DNA of 64,000 bases from an uncultured Acidobacteriota bacterium (GCA_963796275.1 CAWCKY010000003.1:32001-96000); one strand, 5' to 3'. Shown: positions 10,801 through 19,304, numbered from the stretch's first letter. The notes: generated by a model from the letters alone, not told the origin. A program made the numbers and translations.

Positions 10801-11349
10801 CGCGAACTGAGTGAGTTCCTTGCCCTTAATCCCACACGCGGACGCGAACTGAGTGGCTTGCCTTCTTGCGTCCGCTTTCAGCGGTTTTCCCACCGCCACA
10901 CCATCTATTGCTTCGTGGAATTCATGGGCGACGGGCCTGTTCGTTATCAGCTCAAAAGTGAGCTTTTTTTCTACATCTTTCGCCCCATACTTCCTCTTGA
11001 GGCTTCTGAATGCTGCCGCGAACTTGCGAATCGTCTTCCTGGCATCACTCACACGGTACGGAACTCTCTGCGAGCTTTTCGAGTATTTGACCTGGACAAT
11101 GACGACCGCGCCTGCATCTCTAAATGTCGGCCCCTTTCCGTAGTACAGAACAAGGTCAGCGATCTCAACTGTTTCCGCCGAAGCGCCTGCTTGGTCGGCA
11201 GGTGCGAGCCCTTCGACAGCAATTCCCACAAGTTCATCGGTTGGCATGACGAGCTGAAGCGCCTTGCGCGCCGCCCACGCCTCATGAAACTCGTGGCCGT
11301 CACGGGAAGCTCTTACCTTGTCTATTCGCGGACGAAGGGTTTTCATCAT
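4876..11349 (-). CDS. avs3a: AVAST type 3 (Avs3a-like) anti-phage STAND NTPase with N-terminal Cap4-like nuclease and C-terminal helical sensor
   Basis: VRASRDGHEFHEAWAARKAL, D...QVK nuclease motif, ITRTDVLDAL...DLFP, Walker A IHADGGVGKT, FDCFGGGAYR, Walker B IDAIDNA, NPR motif; about 2100 aa like SeAvs3. Confidence 0.85.
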   Translation of the reverse strand: MMKTLRPRIDKVRASRDGHEFHEAWAARKALQLVMPTDELVGIAVEGLAPADQAGASAETVEIADLVLYYGKGPTFRDAGAVVIVQVKYSKSSQRVPYRVSDARKTIRKFAAAFRSLKRKYGAKDVEKKLTFELITNRPVAHEFHEAIDGVAVGKPLKADARRQATQFASACGIKGKELTQFAQKVRITGLAGSLRQNKQHLSLVLADWSVAPDAMARARLGNLRQLLREKAGLAGEGQNVITRTDVLDALELQSPDDLFPCPASFPEVGNVVEREQLSALGGKIPKLDKPLLIHADGGVGKTVFLQSLAMILGETHETVLFDCFGGGAYRAPEDARHLPKRGLIHIINSLACDGLCDPLLPINENVEELVKAFRARLSQAVATLQRGSGDKQLLLFIDAIDNAAEHAKDKGEPTFPRLLLESFHHSGPVDGVQLIVSCRTYRRDISRGDVPCEEFKLNPFSPAETEKYLRDRIPKVTDAQIQVAYSRSEGNPRILEHLALSDRGLLESAELNNVIKLDDLLKERIQKALGEALKRGYKKREINAFLAGLSILPPPVPLYEYADAHGMDLSAVRSFATDLAPLLEQTRHGLMFRDEPTETVVRDVYAAKADTLRALARNLFKKQGTSVYAASALPGLLQKLNDGKLLFKLAFDERFPTAIASTVGKQNIRYARLKAAVLHAARKEDFDRLVHLLVELSTLAAVNQRGTEYVLDNPDLVIASHDIDATRRLFETRTQWPGTRYARLTIASVLSGDLSDAYRHVVNADEWIHHFYRQDDEYRRDRSGPERLDIASIPVCLVAQDRGQDAAQFMKGWKDWYAYEVAEHIFTLLHQAERMETVPTANIRRFLDSLKSQRGILAAALSFMELDNAARRRMIRELAKACEKKKTIEKSEGFLREMDPIQDGMLKATAVAVAMKMRAEALAIAETISNERPGLWYFVDHFSTKDVFPFIAYMALRAAVERQPIAEYTLLPQELVDFGARVPKGTKGEAFRKTLKKELEEEFKSHQGLPAEKKPMRYETKREAEHFIDERLETLFEMAQAFTKMLSSGAGKGDKPFLELVELWAKFRMKRDRYSDRHERSLFFDLLGRQLLIFAIWARSDLKGSSTEVFVAKVSEAGIAPVSTLVKIIAILAKRLDLQELAGKIALSAKSLIELEDEVSRRASLFAELSRAIMPASVEETAAYFRLGLDQMDAIGSGDYQFTSELLLYAAELRGDELEEGDFHTLSNICELNIYEQDKFPWLEFARGLARTSGCRSLAKLGRWDDRDKSTLDYTLLPYLMALIEQDKIDPAIALGLLRLSAPVELYSCGTAQLAEVIAEKRYPNSKALLTELILQFEQNHSGVFMPSTLATLRKIAERELDKDSELTTYLSIAAQKFEKLRNEESENRNYRGPQYLRSAEAANDQEEETRRAMKKIGNETDPADEESMARAIDALNNLQYVYAFKNEFFDKFRGKLKYEERPKYVQIISRLEILDIYTKLRVLRECKEKWSDSSAALRKVFRDIAEPLIQIHANDFVNHDYLSGSKLKDITELSGIPVPVLALELIAIFASPDSHLPASTWMGLTAIICEKAKHGEGQIALKRLLNSNSAKLASTVVDGVWRDGLYPKGGETDITAGLLWRTLGSPSAAHRWRAAHSIRCFARLGKWEVIDALIGRFHSTDAHPYQAPELPFYYLHARLWLLIALARVAIDHPQNVTKYADTLKTVALGTNVPHVLMRHFAARTLLACVSGGRIVLSEGDIKALKRVNASPFPMKKTKQYERDSIYKKRPGSMPKPGFDFNLDYDFDKHDVAKVSGMFDRSRWETKDAITAWVRKYDPQVKSMYESGGRAVRQRDRLREMTDRYHLYGQQLGWHALYLVAGEFLAKYPVVQRPFDDNDPWREWLRHESLTRRNGLWLADGVDRPPVGAQVNLYEIGDKGLVLTGDKAKLLSLLNIESSIGEEVVVAGDWRSADGIEIDIWSALAPPRFAKKLALQLSQEDPFRAWLPRAEERDDGDEYSLSEKEPYEPWVVWPHIEAGLDETDLLGVTAAVRRLYFTKAINEIGALKPLDPFRRTWGDPTGRVAARSEAWGRNSAYDEEESISAKRLVCSSGFLKDVLMKRRAELLVLVRLRRYEKGIGSLGSQYLHTTAVVRIDNSLDFKLYPGAINKLHKMKY

Positions 11350-11765
11350 CCTTCTTCAGTCTGATCGGATCCGTCGCAGTTGATCATCTACGGTATGCCG
11401 AAGCGATCGACGAGCATATCAATCGCGGGGCCCAGAGTCTTCTTGATCGGCATCACGACCTTACCGCCCTCGGTCAGCGTTAAAGATACGCTCGGCGTCG
11501 GTCGCGCTGTTGATCTGAAGAGTGAGCGAGAAGCCCTTTGGTTCCTCATAATGATCCGGTGCCGCGTCGGCGCCCATCAACACTTGGTCGCCGATTGTCA
11601 TGCTGCCGTGCATAACCTTGTCCGACCAGGCGGCCGGAACCTGATTCGACAGAGGCATCCCGGAGTAACGGAAGATCGCCCCGGGTTGGCTGCCGAGGCA
11701 CTGCTCATAGAAATTGATCGCTGCTTCGCATTCTCCCTTGAAACTCAGATACGGATTCACTGGAT
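11346..11765 (-). pseudogene. Degraded VOC/PhnB-family gene; stop overlaps the avs3a ATG
   Basis: VNPYLSFKGECEAAINFYEQCLG...KVMH...LMGAD...GFSLTL...GGKVVMP...MLVDRFGIP*MIN across frameshifts; start codon lost and TGG apparently changed to TAG. Confidence 0.8.
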
Positions 11766-11926
11766 GGTAAATATTTTTTCTACGATAGATTTCTGTTTTG
11801 CTATCAGCCCAGCCGAACGATGTGCGGTGGAACTCGGTCGGAGTCACCTCAATCACGCGCCACGAACTGGTTAATTCTAACGATCACTGCGCGGCTCCAA
11901 ACACCAAAAACGGCAAATTTATCCTT

Positions 11927-11962
11927 CAATGTTTCGCCATCCGGCAATGTTTCTCCATCCGG
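11927..11962. repeat. 18-bp tandem direct repeat
   Basis: CAATGTTTCGCCATCCGG followed directly by CAATGTTTCTCCATCCGG. Confidence 0.85.
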
Positions 11963-12069
11963 TCTCTTTTGTGAGTCATAGATTTTTGCTGTGAATAAAA
12001 AAATGAGCGTGGCTAGGCGAAGCGCAGGCACGCTCAAAACTAAATTAATTCGTAAAAGGAGAATAACAC

Positions 12070-13755
12070 ATGTCACGCAGAATCGAGAACACTCGTCGTT
12101 CAAATCACAGCATGTTCCTTCCGCAAAATTACGGATCGCCTTTCAACGACACAGCGGAGCATATCTCGGGTCTCGGCCTGGGACGGCTCGACTTCGAACG
12201 CGGCGCAGTCGTGGGAGAGGTGATTTACACCGTCGAGGGCGATTCGACGCCCACGAGCCAACAGGAGGAAGAAGCGCGCATCGCAACGCTTGCCTATGCG
12301 CTCAAGAAACTCGGTAATCCGGAGGATGCCGCAGAGTTCATGCGCTGCCTAAACGAAATCAGCAGAGAAGGTGACGCGCGCTACCGGCAAGTTGTGGCCT
12401 CCTACTACTACGGCGAGATCGCCGAGCGTGGCCTTGGCGTTGTCCTTAAAGAGATGGCGCTCATCGCCATGCACCTCGCCAGCCTCAATCCGGTTATGGA
12501 AGAAATGGGGAGCGACACCGAAATTGTCTATGCGTCGCATGGGGAATCGAAGCCGCGGTCGCTCTTCGATCTAGAAGTGGCTACAGTCAAACGGATGATC
12601 CGCGGTCGCCGAAAGAGCGCGCGATTTGTCCACGATGAGATGACAGAGTGGTTGAACGATCTGGAATCGAGCGGCGCAACCATCGATGAACTCGATGATG
12701 CATTCGCGCACGTCGAAGCGTTGGATCAATACGATGAGGGCGGCGCGATCATTCAGATGTCCGCGCACGAACGCACAGTCACCTGCGGACGCGTCGATCC
12801 CGAATTCTCGGTTGAAGACCTGCCAGAATGCGCTCGTTATCTTGCCTACGAACTTCGCCGCACCTACGCGAATGGGCTTGCAATCGAGAATATCGGGGAC
12901 GAGATCAACACGGAGCTCGAGATCATCTTTCCGATCAGTGTTAATCTCGATCTGCCCAAAGACAGCTTTCCGTCGAATCTGACGACGGGGCGCACCGAAC
13001 GGATCTCGATCTATCGCCGGCCGAGATTCATATCTCAGGCCAATCGCGAGCTTCAGCAATTTACCCGGCAGGCGCTCGAAGCCATCCTCAATGAATGCGA
13101 GCAAGATTTTCATATGACCGCGCTGCGCAATAATCGTTCATATCGCAACTTCTACACGAGGATTCGCCACGCGACCGATACCGAGACGATCAGCGAGTTG
13201 AAGAAGCAGGCATTTGATGCCCGTCAGAATGGCGAGATGTCAGTCAAACATTTCATCGCTCTCAATACGGCTGCGGATAATCAACGTGAACGGTTGTTGT
13301 CGATGCCGCTCTCAGCGCCTGCTTATAAGCTCATCGAGGAGATCGTCACCGCACTCGAGAGAAAGCTGGGGTATCTCGCCTGGGCGATGTACGGCGCCAA
13401 TCAACCCGCACATCAAATCCACATGCTTAATTCGAGTGAACAGACACGCGTTTGGGAGGTGATGACGGCTCGTAAGGCGGCGATTTTGCTCCCACGACTC
13501 TTTGCGAAGTTGCTCTCAACGTGGGGGCAGGCGCTCCCAGGCGACTGTTTTATCTTCCTGGCGGCGTTCAGTGAGTTCTTCGAACTGCCGCGACTGCGCA
13601 AAGCGTTAAGCGCCGTTCGGAACAAAAAGCGATTCTCTGTTCGGGAGGCCTCCTCGGCTCCGAGGCAGTCAGATCCAACACCTGGACACTCTGCGGTGAA
13701 AAGTGGCGCTGTCGCAAGATTGCGCACGCAGGCTGCGTCCTGCGTACAGCAATGA
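12070..13755 (+). CDS. Hypothetical protein (561 aa), probable ICE backbone gene
   Basis: Long ORF, AAGGAG RBS, directly upstream of ssb; no domain recognised. Confidence 0.75.
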   Translation: MSRRIENTRRSNHSMFLPQNYGSPFNDTAEHISGLGLGRLDFERGAVVGEVIYTVEGDSTPTSQQEEEARIATLAYALKKLGNPEDAAEFMRCLNEISREGDARYRQVVASYYYGEIAERGLGVVLKEMALIAMHLASLNPVMEEMGSDTEIVYASHGESKPRSLFDLEVATVKRMIRGRRKSARFVHDEMTEWLNDLESSGATIDELDDAFAHVEALDQYDEGGAIIQMSAHERTVTCGRVDPEFSVEDLPECARYLAYELRRTYANGLAIENIGDEINTELEIIFPISVNLDLPKDSFPSNLTTGRTERISIYRRPRFISQANRELQQFTRQALEAILNECEQDFHMTALRNNRSYRNFYTRIRHATDTETISELKKQAFDARQNGEMSVKHFIALNTAADNQRERLLSMPLSAPAYKLIEEIVTALERKLGYLAWAMYGANQPAHQIHMLNSSEQTRVWEVMTARKAAILLPRLFAKLLSTWGQALPGDCFIFLAAFSEFFELPRLRKALSAVRNKKRFSVREASSAPRQSDPTPGHSAVKSGAVARLRTQAASCVQQ

Positions 13756-13931
13756 TTAATCTCTTCAATGGCGCAGACCCGCCTCTGATGATTCCATCAG
13801 TTTCCACCATTCACTCAACTGCGTGATTCATAAATTGGAGCTGCGCGTAAGCCTGTGAGCGGGCGGGGCAAGCGCCTCGCCTCGCGCTCAACAATTTCAA
13901 TCTCAATCTTGATCTGAAAGGGGTATGAACA

Positions 13932-14423
13932 ATGTCTTTTAATAAGATTACCATCGTCGGGTATCTGGGGCGCGACCCGGAATTACGTTACACGCCGCAG
14001 GGAACGGCCGTTTGCAATATGTCTGTGGCGACGACCGAGAAACGCAGGAGCGCATCGGGCCAGGCCGAAGAGCACACGATTTGGTTCCGCATCACGGCCT
14101 GGGGGCGCCAGGCTGAGACGGCTGCCGAATACCTGGCTAAAGGGAGGCAGGTCTATATCGACGGGCGGTTGCGTCTCGAACAGTACACCGACCGTGAAGG
14201 CAATCTGCGCATCAGCCCAGAGGTCAATGCCACCGACATTCACTTTCTGGGTCAGAATGCCGGGTCTGTGGAGAAGGCCGAGGATATCCGCCAGGTCGAT
14301 GAAGAGACAGAGAACGGGGAGGCCCCAAAGCCCGCTACGTCCAGAAACGGTAAAAGGTCGACCTCGAAGCTTGCTTCAACCAAAGAGCCCGTCGGCATTG
14401 AGGCTGACGAAATTCCGTTCTAG
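13932..14423 (+). CDS. ssb: Single-stranded DNA-binding protein
   Basis: FNKITIVGYLGRDPELRYTPQG...YLAKGRQVYIDGRL; acidic tail DEIPF. Confidence 0.97.
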   Translation: MSFNKITIVGYLGRDPELRYTPQGTAVCNMSVATTEKRRSASGQAEEHTIWFRITAWGRQAETAAEYLAKGRQVYIDGRLRLEQYTDREGNLRISPEVNATDIHFLGQNAGSVEKAEDIRQVDEETENGEAPKPATSRNGKRSTSKLASTKEPVGIEADEIPF

Positions 14424-14491
14424 CGTGGGTACTTTGCTAAGTGTCCACTTATTCTCGCTGATATACGCAAAGTGTTATCAGGCAATGATGT

Positions 14492-14520
14492 AGCGCCGAG
14501 GAGACCTACTTCTCGGCGCT
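14492..14520 (+). terminator. Hairpin, probable terminator after ssb
   Basis: AGCGCCGAG / CTCGGCGCT stem, weak T tract. Confidence 0.5.
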
Positions 14521-14614
14521 TCCGGTTTATTTCTAAGAAAATGTGGTAGGGGATAATAACTATCTGCCCACTTTCCCATAAAGATGCTACTTTCCCGCAT
14601 GTTAGCTGGAAGGC

Positions 14615-16063
14615 TTGACCTCACGATTTAAACATGTGCGAGTGAAAGTGAACATCACGCAAAAAGTATCAACCCGTAGATTTTCTGTGATCAATATCGT
14701 TCTCGACAATGGAGAACGTCTTCCCTGTTTGGTGGACGCTGAAACCTGGGAACCTGTCCGCGTAGCGACCAGGTGGGCAGTTCGTTATCGGCGATATCAC
14801 GTACAATCCTCCACCCTTGCCAATAACCTTCGGATTCTCCGGCGTGTCTATGCTTGGGCTTCGGATGTGGGCCGGTTTGATCTCGATGATTTTCTGACCT
14901 CAGGTACTCGGCTCAACGCTCGTCAAATAGAATCCCTGGTTCATTATCTCCGCATCAAGGGAAGGACAGTAATTGCCGGAGTCATCACACCCAAAAATGA
15001 AGATCAACAACCGGAATCGATACTTGATGCAAATGAGTTCAATCACTGTCTCGATGTGGCTGGGGAGTTTTTCAAGTGGTCTCTCGACAGCGCCAACCGA
15101 GGCGGGGTTTCCAATTTCACCTTGGAACAATTGATGGCTGAGCGGGCCGCGCTGGAGAGAGCATTCCGATCACACCATATTCAGACACGAGCATCGGAGC
15201 GCATTCAACCTTTAGAAGAACATGAAATTGAGACTATCAGGCGTGTGATTGCTCCTAAACAAACTGACTCGGGTAGATGGGAATTCCCAGAGAAAATTTT
15301 CTCCACGGCCACGAGGCTCAGGAATTGGTTGATGTTTGAAACTGCTCTTGAGCTGGGTTTGCGCCGTGGAGAGTTGCTCAAACTGCGTCTTGATTGTTTG
15401 CCTCGAGGCAGTGATGACGGCATAAAAATCTTGAGGCACGCTGACGATCCGCACGATTCCAGAACTAAAGAGCCAGCCATGAAAACGACCGAAAGAGTAA
15501 TTCCATCTTCGCGCTCGCTACTCTTAGCCTTTCGCGCATATTTGACCATGCCTGCCCCAGAGGGTCGTGTCACAGGCAAAAGTCCGTATCTCTTCGTGAC
15601 TCAAACGGGCGCCCCTGTCTCAGAAGAGACCGCCAACGACATCATCGCCAAGATCGGGCGATACAGTGGAGTCGTTCTTTTATCTTGGCACCGCCTCCGT
15701 CATACCTGGGCTGAAAAATGCGCTGAAATTTATGCCGAGCAACCAAACGGCATGGACAAACTGATGTATCTCGGCGGATGGACCAATCCGCAATCACCCC
15801 GGCAATACATCAAACGTATTCTCGCCAGACAGGCAATTGAAACAATGCGAGCTGATTTCGATAATCTGATCCGCGATCTGGAAAATGAATTGGTGCTGGA
15901 ACGCGAGAAGAATAAAAAACTGGTCGCCAAAATCCAGATCATGGAAGCTAATGCTGGCAGGCTCGGCATTGATCCGGAAGAACTGCACAAGGTCATTCCC
16001 AAGCCGATTAGAACAGTCTCCAGAGCAGAATCATCTCACAAAAGATGGTTTGGCAAACGGTAG
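14615..16063 (+). CDS. Tyrosine recombinase with an extra C-terminal coiled-coil tail (true start probably a later GTG)
   Basis: GLRRGELL (R), K, WHRLRH (HxxR), GGW, PRQY (Y) catalytic set. Confidence 0.88.
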   Translation: MTSRFKHVRVKVNITQKVSTRRFSVINIVLDNGERLPCLVDAETWEPVRVATRWAVRYRRYHVQSSTLANNLRILRRVYAWASDVGRFDLDDFLTSGTRLNARQIESLVHYLRIKGRTVIAGVITPKNEDQQPESILDANEFNHCLDVAGEFFKWSLDSANRGGVSNFTLEQLMAERAALERAFRSHHIQTRASERIQPLEEHEIETIRRVIAPKQTDSGRWEFPEKIFSTATRLRNWLMFETALELGLRRGELLKLRLDCLPRGSDDGIKILRHADDPHDSRTKEPAMKTTERVIPSSRSLLLAFRAYLTMPAPEGRVTGKSPYLFVTQTGAPVSEETANDIIAKIGRYSGVVLLSWHRLRHTWAEKCAEIYAEQPNGMDKLMYLGGWTNPQSPRQYIKRILARQAIETMRADFDNLIRDLENELVLEREKNKKLVAKIQIMEANAGRLGIDPEELHKVIPKPIRTVSRAESSHKRWFGKR

Positions 16064-16072
16064 GTTAATGTC

Positions 16073-16558
16073 ATGGCCAAACGAAAGAGCACCCTGCTGG
16101 GATTGCAAAAGAGTGCACAGGCGAAAAGCCAAGCGGCTTTTGAACAGGCGAGCGAAGCCATCAGATCGCTCGGTGCACGAGGATTGCCGATCGACTTTCA
16201 GGCCGTCGCTAGGGAGGGGAATGTCTCAGTTGCGTTTCTATATAAGAATGACGACCTCAAAATGCTGATAGACGAACTTCGTGCAGTACAAAAAGTAAAC
16301 CGGTGTTTGTCCTCACTCGACTCTAGCAAGCTAAGCGGTTTGATGGTCGATCAATCGACGGAACTTCGGCGGTTGCGTGAAGAAAATGATGATCTACGGA
16401 AAGTCAATCAACAACTGAGGGAACAAAACCAGGAGTTGAAAGCTCAATCTTCTCTAGTCGCGGCCCTGGAGCGACAGATTTACAGATTGACCAAAGAGAA
16501 GAACCTTCTGATGAATAAGATTATGTTATTGAATGAAGGCCAGGCGAATGAGAGCTAG
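16073..16558 (+). CDS. Tn554 TnpC-like / DUF6262-type HTH-coiled-coil protein
   Basis: AIRSL...PIDFQAVAREGNVSVAFLYK...IDELR followed by a coiled coil; directly after the recombinase. Confidence 0.75.
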   Translation: MAKRKSTLLGLQKSAQAKSQAAFEQASEAIRSLGARGLPIDFQAVAREGNVSVAFLYKNDDLKMLIDELRAVQKVNRCLSSLDSSKLSGLMVDQSTELRRLREENDDLRKVNQQLREQNQELKAQSSLVAALERQIYRLTKEKNLLMNKIMLLNEGQANES

Positions 16559-16664
16559 ATCGAGTGTGGTGCATTGCAATTCTTTCCGATCCTTACGCGA
16601 AACCATCTTCAGCCGAACCAAAAGTTATTCTCCGATGCACTCATATAATCAGTCCGCTGTTTTC

Positions 16665-19304
16665 CTATTCTGATCGGAGAGTGAGCATCGGGTCCACTTT
16701 CGCCGCTCGGCGCGCGGGTAGATAACCGGCCATCGCCGCGATGGCGATCATCACCGATGTGGCCAGCGTAATCGTCAATGGATCATTGGCAGTGAGTCCG
16801 AACAACAGGCCCTTGGTCAACCGCGTCACAGCCAGAGCTACCGGCAGCCCGATTGCGATACCGATGGAGACAAGAAGCAGCGTCTCGCGCAGCACCAGCC
16901 ACAGGACGTTGCCGGCTTGAGCGCCCAATGCCATGCGGATACCGATCTCGCGCGTACGCCGAGCCACGGCGTAAGCCATCACGCCGTAGAGCCCGAGTCC
17001 GGCCAGGAGCAGAGCGAAGAGTCCGAAGAAGCTGGAGAGCAGCGCGATCATGCGCTCCCGGCTGATCGATTCATCGATTTGATCGGCGAAGGTTTTGATG
17101 TCGTGGACCGGCAAGTTCGGATCGAGCCGCCGGACCTCGTTACGAATAGCGGCAATGAGAGCGCCGGTGTCGCCCCTCGCGCGCACGCATAATCTCTGAT
17201 TAGCCAATAATGCCGTGAAAGCAGGATAGTAGACCGTGCGTGACATCGTCTCCTTGAGTGAGGTCAGCCTGGCGTTTCCGACCATGCCGACGATCTCGAA
17301 TTCAAAGCCGGCCACAGGGATGTGCTTGCCCAGCGGGTTTTCATTACCGAAGAAGTAGCGCGCGAAACTATCATTGATGATGACGACTTTGGGATCTCCT
17401 CCCACCGAGTCCTGCCAGTTGAAGTCACGCCCTTTCAGCAGCGGAATCCCGAAAGTGGCGAAGAACTGTGGCGTTATTGGGTGCATGAGCGCGGTGGGCT
17501 TTTCGTTCGGAGGGCTATGAGAGCCAGGGACTTCGAATTCTCCTTCTTCCTTGCCATATGGCTTCGGTTCGAGCGGCATTGAATTGGTGTAAGTGGCCGA
17601 CTTCACGCCTGGCAGCGCCATCAAGCGCTCGCTCAATTGTTGATAGATACTCAGCTGCTGATCGGTTTTGTAACCGCTCCTCCCGAGTGCGAGCGACATC
17701 GACACGATCTGATCAGACGTGTAACCGAGGTCCACCGCTTTCAAATTCTGCAAACTACGCACGAACAGACCTCCGCAGACCAGCAACACGAGCGAGAGCG
17801 CCACCTGCAGGACGACCAGCAACCGTCGCAATTCCCATTTACGCCTGACCCCTGCCGTGCCGGCGGCATCATTTTTGAGCGCCGGAATCAGATCGAAGCG
17901 CGTCGCCTGCAGAGCGGGAGCCAGGCCGAAGAGAACACCCGTCAATACCGTGACGACAAGCGTGATGCCGAGCATCCGCATATCGAGTTTGATTTCGCGC
18001 GTCAAGGGTATGAATCCGAGCAGCAGATCCGTTCCCACGCGGGCGAACATCAGCCCCAGTGCGCCGCCCAGAGCGGAGAGCAAAAAACCTTCGGTCAATA
18101 ATTGGCGGATAAGCCTGAGGCGGCCCGCGCCCACAGCCAGGCGCACGGCTATCTCCTTCCGACGAGCGGTCGCGCGCGCGAGCAGCAGGTTGGCGACATT
18201 GAGGCAGGCAATCAGTAGCACCATCCCTACCAGGCACAGCAGAAAGATGAGCGGTTGTAAATATCGGTCACGAAGTTCTGCAGCCGAGACGCCTCTGCCG
18301 GCGGGGCTGAGTTCAATGCGGCTCGCGTTGGAGTAACGGTTGGAGAGCGAGCTGGCGCTGTATTCCCGGATAATGCTTTGAAAGAGTGCGTCTGCAGCGA
18401 CTTGTGCCTGCTCGATGCTGATACCGGGTTTCAGACGAGCCATGACCGGTGTGTCGTTCCTGGGATCCTGCATCAGGTTCTTCATCATCATTGGGACGCG
18501 CAGAGCGGGAGCGGTGCTCACATCCACGTCTTTAAAGCCCTGCGCAGAGATTCCGATGATGGTGAAGGAGTGAGTATTAATGCTGATCTTCTTGCCGACG
18601 ATGTTTGGGTCGGCGCCGAAACGACTGCGCCAGTAGTCGTAGCTGATAACCGTCACGAAGTGCGCGCGCGGCGTTTGGTCATCAGCATCGGTAAAGACAC
18701 GCCCAAGATGCGGGCCTACGCCCAGAACATTAAAGAAATCGCCGGAGACTATCTGTGCCGACACCCGCTCTGCCTGGCTACCGTCATTCACGGTCGCCTC
18801 TACCCAGTTATAGGTGAAGATACCGGAAAAGACTGTATTCTTCTCGCTCATCTCCCGATAGACCGGATCGGGGTATTCGTAACCGAGGCCACCTACGTAG
18901 ACCAATTGCTCAGGATTTTTGACGGGCAGAGTCTTCAAGAGTAGAACGTCGAGCAGGCTGAAGATCGCCGTGTTCGCGCCGATGCCCAACGCCAGTGAAA
19001 GTGCGGCGACCGCGGTGAAAACTTTGTGCCTGAGCATCATTCGCAGGCCATAGCGTAAATCCTGCAGGGTTGTTTCCACTACAGGCAAGCCTCTGCGGGC
19101 TTGATAAACCTCTTTGATTTGCTCAACTCCACCAAATTTGCGTAAGGCTACAGACTGCGCTTCGTCGGGACTCATCCCCTGCCGCTGATTGTCCTCTATC
19201 TGCAGATCGAGATGAGAGCGGATTTCCTCCTCCAGCTCTCGCTCAAACCTGCGTTTCAGAAATATCCCACGTAAACGCTGAATGAGGACTCGTAACCAGG
19301 TCAT
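16665..19304 (-). CDS. ADOP-family duplicated ABC permease (MacB/FtsX-like)
   Basis: ELEEEIRSHL prefix, LALGIGANTAIFS, LLIACLNVANLLLAR, RRTREIGIRMALGA, PARRAAKVDP. Confidence 0.95.
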   Translation of the reverse strand: MTWLRVLIQRLRGIFLKRRFERELEEEIRSHLDLQIEDNQRQGMSPDEAQSVALRKFGGVEQIKEVYQARRGLPVVETTLQDLRYGLRMMLRHKVFTAVAALSLALGIGANTAIFSLLDVLLLKTLPVKNPEQLVYVGGLGYEYPDPVYREMSEKNTVFSGIFTYNWVEATVNDGSQAERVSAQIVSGDFFNVLGVGPHLGRVFTDADDQTPRAHFVTVISYDYWRSRFGADPNIVGKKISINTHSFTIIGISAQGFKDVDVSTAPALRVPMMMKNLMQDPRNDTPVMARLKPGISIEQAQVAADALFQSIIREYSASSLSNRYSNASRIELSPAGRGVSAAELRDRYLQPLIFLLCLVGMVLLIACLNVANLLLARATARRKEIAVRLAVGAGRLRLIRQLLTEGFLLSALGGALGLMFARVGTDLLLGFIPLTREIKLDMRMLGITLVVTVLTGVLFGLAPALQATRFDLIPALKNDAAGTAGVRRKWELRRLLVVLQVALSLVLLVCGGLFVRSLQNLKAVDLGYTSDQIVSMSLALGRSGYKTDQQLSIYQQLSERLMALPGVKSATYTNSMPLEPKPYGKEEGEFEVPGSHSPPNEKPTALMHPITPQFFATFGIPLLKGRDFNWQDSVGGDPKVVIINDSFARYFFGNENPLGKHIPVAGFEFEIVGMVGNARLTSLKETMSRTVYYPAFTALLANQRLCVRARGDTGALIAAIRNEVRRLDPNLPVHDIKTFADQIDESISRERMIALLSSFFGLFALLLAGLGLYGVMAYAVARRTREIGIRMALGAQAGNVLWLVLRETLLLVSIGIAIGLPVALAVTRLTKGLLFGLTANDPLTITLATSVMIAIAAMAGYLPARRAAKVDPMLTLRSE

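Noticed and set aside
4861-11810. 9-bp direct repeat TATCAGCCC (4861 and 11802) as a transposon target duplication around avs3a
   Set aside because: No transposase or terminal inverted repeats; the attC explanation is better supported, though the coincidence remains unexplained
14615-16063. Recombinase as an integron integrase (IntI)
   Set aside because: No recognisable IntI-specific insertion, no adjacent attI or cassette array, and a TnpC-like neighbour
16611-16618. Another minus-strand GTTCGGCT core downstream of the ADOP permease
   Set aside because: No attC stem or matching R'' box; an 8-mer is expected about once by chance in this window
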